DNA of 64,000 nt from Oculatellaceae cyanobacterium bins.114. Lineage in GTDB: Bacteria > Cyanobacteriota > Cyanobacteriia > Elainellales > Elainellaceae. The stretch lies in the NCBI GenBank assembly GCA_033764315.1, contig JANRJA010000056.1, positions 1 through 64,000 of the forward strand. Reading direction: 5' to 3'. Each line of letters begins with the position of its first letter. Positions within the stretch are counted from its first letter, which is position 1. Below the pieces are notes generated by a model, which ran no database searches, was not told the DNA's origin, and was given only the letters and a program-made list of their open reading frames with translations. A program made the position numbers and the translations under genes. Shown piece by piece: positions 58,475 to 64,000 of the stretch.

Positions 58475-59173
58475 GTGATAGTCACCTCTCAACCCCCATC
58501 CTCCTTGTTAAATCAATCCTCTATGTTGGTTCCTCTCTCTCCCGTTGCTAGCGCTGAAAAAGAGGTTCATCCTTCAGTCAGCAGCAAACTAAAACGGCTG
58601 ATTGACATCGTGGGTGCCTTAGTTGGGTTAATGCTTACTGGATTGATTTTGCTACCGATTGCGATCTCCATCCAACTCGACAATCCAGGTCCCCTCTTCT
58701 ATAGCCAGGTTCGCTGTGGCTTAAATGGGCAAACTTTCCGCATCTGGAAGTTCCGCTCTATGATTTCTGATGCCGATCGCCTCATGCACTTGGTTCACAA
58801 TGAGGCAAAAGGTAACATCTTCAAAAATCGCAACGATCCTCGTGTTACGAAAGTAGGTCGGTTTCTCCGCAAGTCAAGCTTAGATGAACTGCCTCAATTT
58901 TGGAATGTGTTGAAGGGTGACATGAGCCTTGTAGGTACTCGTCCTCCTACAGTTGGAGAAGTAATGAAGTATGAGCGTCACCACTACCAACGGTTACTCG
59001 TTAAGCCCGGTATCACAGGTGAATGGCAAGTAAACGGACGCTCTAAAGTAGAGAATTTTGAAGACATTGTCAAAATGGATGTTGCTTATCAAGAGAAGTG
59101 GTCCATTCTCTATGACCTGCAACTGATTGTGAAAACCGTTCTGGTTGTTGTCAATAGGAACGGTGCTTACTAA
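58475..59173 (+). CDS. Bacterial sugar transferase (WcaJ/WbaP C-terminal type)
   Basis: KRLIDI, KFRSM, DPRVT.VGRFLRKSSLDELPQ..NV..GDMSLVG.RP, KPGITG.WQV; GTG at 58475 follows AGGAG/AGGA. Confidence 0.93.
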   Translation: MIVTSQPPSSLLNQSSMLVPLSPVASAEKEVHPSVSSKLKRLIDIVGALVGLMLTGLILLPIAISIQLDNPGPLFYSQVRCGLNGQTFRIWKFRSMISDADRLMHLVHNEAKGNIFKNRNDPRVTKVGRFLRKSSLDELPQFWNVLKGDMSLVGTRPPTVGEVMKYERHHYQRLLVKPGITGEWQVNGRSKVENFEDIVKMDVAYQEKWSILYDLQLIVKTVLVVVNRNGAY

Positions 59174-59201
59174 AAGTTTCGACTCCTGGGGTTATTGGGA
59201 T

Positions 59202-59242
59202 ACGGGGCAGCATTCAGAGTTCTGATGCCGCCCCGTTTTTTT
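59202..59242 (+). terminator. Rho-independent terminator
   Basis: ACGGGGCAGCAT...ATGCCGCCCCGT followed by a T-run. Confidence 0.7.
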
Positions 59243-59268
59243 ATTGAAATATTCTGTACTGCTTTGTA

Positions 59269-59383
59269 ATACCAATTCCTTAAAGTAGTCCTACAGATGT
59301 CCCCTTCGACTACGCTCAGGGGACGCTGACTGAGCGCAGTCGAAGGCAGCCTGATCAGTAGCTCGAATTTGGAAAAGGGGTAT
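59269..59383. repeat. Shell-type miniature inverted-repeat element, copy D
   Basis: ATACCAATTCC...GGAAAAGGGGTAT ends, inner CTACAGAT/ATCAGTAG, core CCTTCGACTACGCTCAG/CTGAGCGCAGTCGAAGG. Confidence 0.65.
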
Positions 59384-59462
59384 AACCGGACAAAATTCAT
59401 AGCCCAATTTGATAGGAGGATGTCTCTAATTCACCCCTGACTGTCGCCGTCTCCCTTAGCAA

Positions 59463-59738
59463 GCTACCGTGTATACGGATCCTTTCAGATTAGGTGCAGG
59501 GTTGTTGTAAGCAGGTGAAAACCAGGCATTGGGGGAGACTCCCCCAAACCCCCTTTGGGGGACGCCACTGCCTCCCCCAAACCCCCTAGCAGACAGTGTT
59601 TCAGTTAACCCAAAGACGCGCTTCGCATCGGTTCTAAGTCCGGGTGTTTCAGGTGGGGGTAAGACCTTTGACAAATGCTCAAAATCCCCAAACTTAGGAG
59701 ATTTAGAGGGCTAAGAGGACTTGTGTATACACAGTAGC
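59463..59738. mobile_element. MITE-like element (~276 bp)
   Basis: 14-bp terminal inverted repeats GCTACCGTGTATAC / GTATACACAGTAGC (1 mismatch); internal duplicated CTCCCCCAAACCCCCT; no credible ORF. Confidence 0.65.
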
Positions 59739-59790
59739 GGACTAGAAGGGGTCGTTGATTTAGCGCAGCTTCACATTTAATCGGTATTAG

Positions 59791-60819
59791 CTACTCCAAT
59801 AGTTGATTTAAGACAGAGCGAATCTCACTAACCGTTGTTGTCGCCGTGCCAAACTGCCGAATTACCAAGCTGGCTGCCACATTGCCTAAAATCGCCGCCT
59901 CTCCAGGTGAGGCTCCGGCGATCAACGCCAACGTCAGTGCAGCGACAACCGTATCACCTGCCCCGGTTACGTCAAAGACATCCGTGCGATTAAACGCAGG
60001 AATGGTTTGTTCAGAACCGTCTCGTCCAAACAAACTCATGCCCTCTTCACCACGCGTAATCAAGATGTATTGTGCCTGAGTCAGATTAAGTAAGTGTTGT
60101 CCTGCTCGGCGCAAATCTGAAGGAGTGGCGATCGCATATCCCACTGCTTTTTCTGCCTCTGGCAGATTTGGGGTAAACACTGTTGCGCCTTGATAGCGGT
60201 GCAGTTCTTTTTGAGTATCCACAATCACCCGCGGATGCTTTAAGGCAGCCTCAATAACGGGTTGAGTCAACACGCCATCCCCATAGTCCGAGCAAACGAC
60301 CGCATCCACTGAATCCAACTGTTGCCGAATATAGTCGGCTAATTGCAGTTGCAACTCAACTTCTGGGAAAGCATCCGATTTGCGATCGACCCGAACAATT
60401 TGTTGCGTCACAGATTGCCGTGCATGTCCAGAAATGCGGGTTTTAGTAACCGTAGGTCGTATGGGGTCTACTAAAATACCATCGGTATCAATGTTGGCAT
60501 CTGCAAAAATTTGTCGGAGTGCCCGTCCCTGCTCATCTTGACCAACCAGCCCAACTGATTTTACCTGTGCACCCAGCTTTGCCAAGTTATAAACAGCGTT
60601 TGCGCCTCCTCCAGGAATTTGCCGCGTGGTTTCGTGCCGCAAAATTAGCACCGGAGCCTCCCGCGAGATGCGCTCGACCTGCCCCGTCAAAAATTCGTCA
60701 ACCGTGATATCTCCCACCACCAACACTCGTGCCTGAGAGAACTGGTCTAAATAGTGATGTAACTGAGGAGCGATCGCTCTTAGCCCAGCGACAAAACCAG
60801 GATTGAGAGTCACGATCAT
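59791..60819 (-). CDS. rfaE1: D-glycero-beta-D-manno-heptose-7-phosphate kinase-like (PfkB, RfaE domain I)
   Basis: RISREAPV, GGGANA..N, SDYG.G, TPNL.EA, DVTGAGDTV. Confidence 0.9.
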   Translation of the reverse strand: MIVTLNPGFVAGLRAIAPQLHHYLDQFSQARVLVVGDITVDEFLTGQVERISREAPVLILRHETTRQIPGGGANAVYNLAKLGAQVKSVGLVGQDEQGRALRQIFADANIDTDGILVDPIRPTVTKTRISGHARQSVTQQIVRVDRKSDAFPEVELQLQLADYIRQQLDSVDAVVCSDYGDGVLTQPVIEAALKHPRVIVDTQKELHRYQGATVFTPNLPEAEKAVGYAIATPSDLRRAGQHLLNLTQAQYILITRGEEGMSLFGRDGSEQTIPAFNRTDVFDVTGAGDTVVAALTLALIAGASPGEAAILGNVAASLVIRQFGTATTTVSEIRSVLNQLLE

Positions 60820-61988
60820 TACCCCTGGCTGGATGGAGCCGCACCCGACGGAGCTGCACCGGGTGACGGGCAGTTGGGTTGGGCAAATTTTACTTCGACG
60901 TAATAAATTCGATAACCTTCTTGAATCACAAAATCTGGTTTGTCGTTCGCAGAGTCTTGAGTAAAGTCATACTGGGCGATCGCGGCTAGAGCCTGCTGAT
61001 CAAAAGCCTCATACCCAGAACTCCGCAACTTAGTGGGCTGACCAGCAAAACTTCCTTCACCATCTAGCACAACCCCAAACCAGGCTTCTCCTGGTGCTTG
61101 AGGTGCACGAAACAAGCAAGCTCCACGAGGCGGGGCAATCTCAAGTTCGTGACGAGGAACTCGGTCTAAATCTTCAGGAGATTGACGCAAAGCATCCGTA
61201 AACCATCGTCCAGACGATTCCACTCCATACCCAGTGCCCGTCCCCGTACCGTTAAAGCGATACAGTTCTCGTAACTGCTGCTGTTCTTGCTGCAATCGTG
61301 CAATTCGGTCAGACGGTGCTGTTGGAGGCGTTCCTGATGGAGCAGGAGTGGGGTTTGATGGATTGGGTTGACCAGAGTTTGTATTCGGATTTAGCCCCTC
61401 TGCCCCAGGAGGCGCAGAGGGAGTTGCAGAGGGCGTCACAGAGGGCGTCACAGAGGGCGTAGGAGAAGGCCCAGTGGCTTCAGGTGGGGGGTCTGGAGGA
61501 ATGACAATTCCAGTCCGCCGCTGGAACAAGGGATTGGGTCTACGATAGCTGTATTGAGGTGGAGGTGGCAGTTGTGGCAAGACGATGGGTGGAAACGTCT
61601 GATAGTTAGGGCTAGAAGGCTGAGTCGGAGCGGGTGAATAGGGGTTGGGCAGGGGCGTCAATGAATAAAAATCAGACTCTTCGGGCACCGGAGGCACTGT
61701 GACCTGAGGAGTAGAGAAATCAGGCAACCGACCTTGTTCGGCAGGGGTCAACTCCAACAACGCCACCGAACGGCGAATCTCAGGCTCTTCTGCCTGAGAC
61801 GATTGCACTGGCAGCAGGGGCAACACCACCCACATCAACCCATGCACACCGACCGATGCAATGATCGCCAGAGAAGTTGGCTCTCGTAGCATAGGCCCTA
61901 GAGTCTTGGGGAGGGACTTAATCCACAAACGGTAGGACATAACGCCTGAATAGGGGGATGAAGAACTGCGATCAACGTTGTATGGCAA
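60819..61988 (-). CDS. TonB-like Pro-rich membrane-anchored protein
   Basis: N-terminal TM with S-x3-H (ASVGVHG), long Pro-rich linker, C-terminal SSGY..FD..AL motif; start may be at 61940. Confidence 0.7.
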   Translation of the reverse strand: MPYNVDRSSSSPYSGVMSYRLWIKSLPKTLGPMLREPTSLAIIASVGVHGLMWVVLPLLPVQSSQAEEPEIRRSVALLELTPAEQGRLPDFSTPQVTVPPVPEESDFYSLTPLPNPYSPAPTQPSSPNYQTFPPIVLPQLPPPPQYSYRRPNPLFQRRTGIVIPPDPPPEATGPSPTPSVTPSVTPSATPSAPPGAEGLNPNTNSGQPNPSNPTPAPSGTPPTAPSDRIARLQQEQQQLRELYRFNGTGTGTGYGVESSGRWFTDALRQSPEDLDRVPRHELEIAPPRGACLFRAPQAPGEAWFGVVLDGEGSFAGQPTKLRSSGYEAFDQQALAAIAQYDFTQDSANDKPDFVIQEGYRIYYVEVKFAQPNCPSPGAAPSGAAPSSQG

Positions 61989-62371
61989 TAGCCCTGTTAG
62001 CTAAGACGGGGATGGAGGCTTTGACGTAAGCGATCAGAACCCTTGGAGAGGGACTGTTTTTTTACACCCCCTTTCAAGTCCAATATCTTAACGCTTTGGG
62101 CAACAGCTATAACGACAATAGCAAACGACACCAATAACCGCTCAAAAGTTGCAATCAGCGTTCATTGTCTCATTCTCCGTCCATCACTCCACCCATCAGG
62201 ATAGAGTGTTCTCAAATCGGATGTGGAAATCTTTTAATCAGCAATGGTTGTGGAGTCAGGATGTACTACACGGTACATCGCCCATCCTGACTCAGTGAAG
62301 ACGCCCCAATGTAACGTCAATTTGGGTTCAGTCCCTGGCAGATAGCGATCGCCCCATTTAGGGCAACCCAT

Positions 62372-63958
62372 TTAGGGTGAAACGATGTAAGGCGACGGAA
62401 TCGGATCTGCCTGTCCTGCTCTTACAAGTGCTTGATAGATAAATGCAGCAACCTCTCCACGAGTGGCTTCTCGATTAGGATTTAAGCGATTTGCCACAGG
62501 GTAATTGACAATGATGTTTTGTCGAGTTGCTGCGGCGATCGCCCCCACGGCCCAATCTGGAATCTGGTTAGCATCTTGATAACGGTTAATCGTCCCAATT
62601 TCATTAGTGCTGAGTTCTAAGCCACTGGCTAACGACACCACCACCTGCACTCTGAGAATGCGTTGCTCGGGTTGAAAGAGCTGCCCCGGATAGCCGCTCA
62701 TAAACTGCCCCTGATAAGCCGATTGAATCGCATCACGCCCCCAAAAATCACTGCGAACATCTACAAAATTGACTCCCGATCGCTTGGGGCTAGGCGTAAA
62801 AGCTTTGTTGATAATGGCAGCAAATTGAGCACGCGTCACCGGGGCATCTGGACGAAACGTGCCATCTGGGAAGCCACCAATAATGCCACGGGTTGCTAAC
62901 GCATCAATATAAGCCTGCGCCCAGTGACCCCGCACATCAGTAAAGACAGATGGAGGCGTATTGCTGGCAACAAACTCCACTAAACCGGAAATGCGACTGG
63001 TATCAATGTCGTTGCCAATCGAGAAGAGGGTATTGCTGCGAGTCGCGTTGTAGAGGTCATAGCGGCCATTATTACGAATGACATTGCTCCCGGAATCGTC
63101 AGCCGTTCCCAGGTTAGGCAGGGCATTGGCGATCGCCACTATCCCATCTCGAACATTGCCCTCAATCACGTTGTTACGCAAAGTTGGACGAGCCGAGTTA
63201 GAGACAACGACCCCATCTACATTGCTTGAAATTTGGTTGTTAGCAATCACCGGAGCCGCATTATCACCCACAGCAATGCCAAAGCCTGTATTTTGAAAAA
63301 CATTACTCCGAATCTCGCCCCGACTCTCGCGGACAATGGCAATGCCGTTGCCATCATTTTGAATGAAAAGATTATCCTCAATCTGCGGGGCACCTGTACC
63401 CGACACAAAAACGCCATCTCGCAGGCTGTTAGAAAAGGTGTTATGGCGCAAGACTGGGTCGGTCGATTCTACCCAAACTCCGGTTCCCCGCGTATTAGGA
63501 TTGGTGACAGTCACCCCCATTAGTTCACTGTCTTCGAGTGCCCGAATCGTCACATTTTGTCGGGCAAAGGTAGGGCTGACATATTCACCACTGCCAATAA
63601 TCAAAACCGTTTGTCCCTGGTTGGCCACATCGCCACGAACACTCACCCGCGCAGGCACCACCAGCGGAAAAATCTCGCCTGTATCACGGGTGTAACTGCC
63701 TGGAGCCAGTTGGATCACCGTGTTAGAGCCAGCCCGTTGCAAAGCATAGGTAATCGTTCGCAGAGGAGCAGCCGTTGACTCACCATAAGTAGGGTTATCT
63801 TGCCCTAAGACAGGGTTGACATAGAGCACTGTGGCACTTGAAGTTACCTGAGCAGTGAAGGGGTTAGCAGGCTGATAAGAATCAGCAACGGCAGGAGCAA
63901 TTGCCCCAGTACACATTAGTAGAGTCGCTAAACCAAGTCGTACAGAAAAGTGTGTCAT
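62372..63958 (-). CDS. DUF1565 beta-helix protein with S-layer homology domains
   Basis: Signal peptide, YVNP..G.D, P.RTIT.AL, PG.Y....GE.FP, PbH1 repeats, three SLH repeats (F.DV..HWA, G.PDG.F.P...TRA). Confidence 0.92.
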   Translation of the reverse strand: MTHFSVRLGLATLLMCTGAIAPAVADSYQPANPFTAQVTSSATVLYVNPVLGQDNPTYGESTAAPLRTITYALQRAGSNTVIQLAPGSYTRDTGEIFPLVVPARVSVRGDVANQGQTVLIIGSGEYVSPTFARQNVTIRALEDSELMGVTVTNPNTRGTGVWVESTDPVLRHNTFSNSLRDGVFVSGTGAPQIEDNLFIQNDGNGIAIVRESRGEIRSNVFQNTGFGIAVGDNAAPVIANNQISSNVDGVVVSNSARPTLRNNVIEGNVRDGIVAIANALPNLGTADDSGSNVIRNNGRYDLYNATRSNTLFSIGNDIDTSRISGLVEFVASNTPPSVFTDVRGHWAQAYIDALATRGIIGGFPDGTFRPDAPVTRAQFAAIINKAFTPSPKRSGVNFVDVRSDFWGRDAIQSAYQGQFMSGYPGQLFQPEQRILRVQVVVSLASGLELSTNEIGTINRYQDANQIPDWAVGAIAAATRQNIIVNYPVANRLNPNREATRGEVAAFIYQALVRAGQADPIPSPYIVSP

Positions 63959-64000
63959 TGTTGTGAGAGCTTATCGATGAGGAAGCCAATGCTAAGGCAT

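Larger units (their letters stand above)
1..64000. repeat. HIP1 octamer (GCGATCGC) dispersed throughout
   Basis: Dozens of copies visible in most genes; visibly sparse in ~16700-20100 and ~38000-39700. Confidence 0.95.

Noticed and set aside
59456..59714. ORFs 59456-59674 (-) and 59529-59714 (+)
   Set aside because: They lie essentially within the MITE-like element and give low-complexity Pro/Gly translations.
1..64000. CRISPR array, tRNA/rRNA genes, transposase, integrase or defence operon
   Set aside because: No regularly spaced repeat-spacer array, cloverleaf, rRNA-like stretch or such ORF was seen. The zero-confidence CRISPR-typed line at 49759-49956 in the features list is a retracted entry; that locus is the DUF2949 CDS.

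Overview
Gene-dense chromosomal window from a cyanobacterium, supported by the pervasive HIP1 octamer GCGATCGC, psaX, a Tab2-family gene, the rbp-rpsU pair and cyanobacterial-type intergenic repeats. A filamentous Leptolyngbya/Oculatella-like lineage is plausible but is only an inference. About 46 CDSs are present. Housekeeping or conserved genes: comM/yifB, xylB, lipA, psaX, natD/livH, a phosphoketolase-like enzyme, rbp, rpsU, pmbA, rfaE1. Signalling genes: two His kinases, a response regulator, LysR, a Ser/Thr kinase. Secreted or surface proteins: a TpsA haemagglutinin, a PPC-zincin, an 1866-aa multi-phosphatase with RTX tail, DUF1565-SLH. There is also a tandem pair of unusually long carotenoid-oxygenase-family genes. 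I saw no rRNA, tRNA, CRISPR array, transposase, integrase or recognisable defence system. The most interesting signals are: (i) a family of ~95-150 bp intergenic elements with a conserved ATACC...CAGAT / ATCTG...GGTAT shell and interchangeable hairpin cores; (ii) an AT-rich orphan gene preceded by a 10-bp-phased GGA repeat array; (iii) the oxygenase-oxygenase-TpsA run; (iv) a four-catalytic-domain phosphatase under a Pho-box-like promoter; (v) an NtcA-box-preceded binding protein/MBL hydrolase pair; (vi) a Cache-domain kinase lacking both TM helices; and (vii) two small ORFs absent from the ORF track. All functional calls come from motif recognition by eye, not from database searches.
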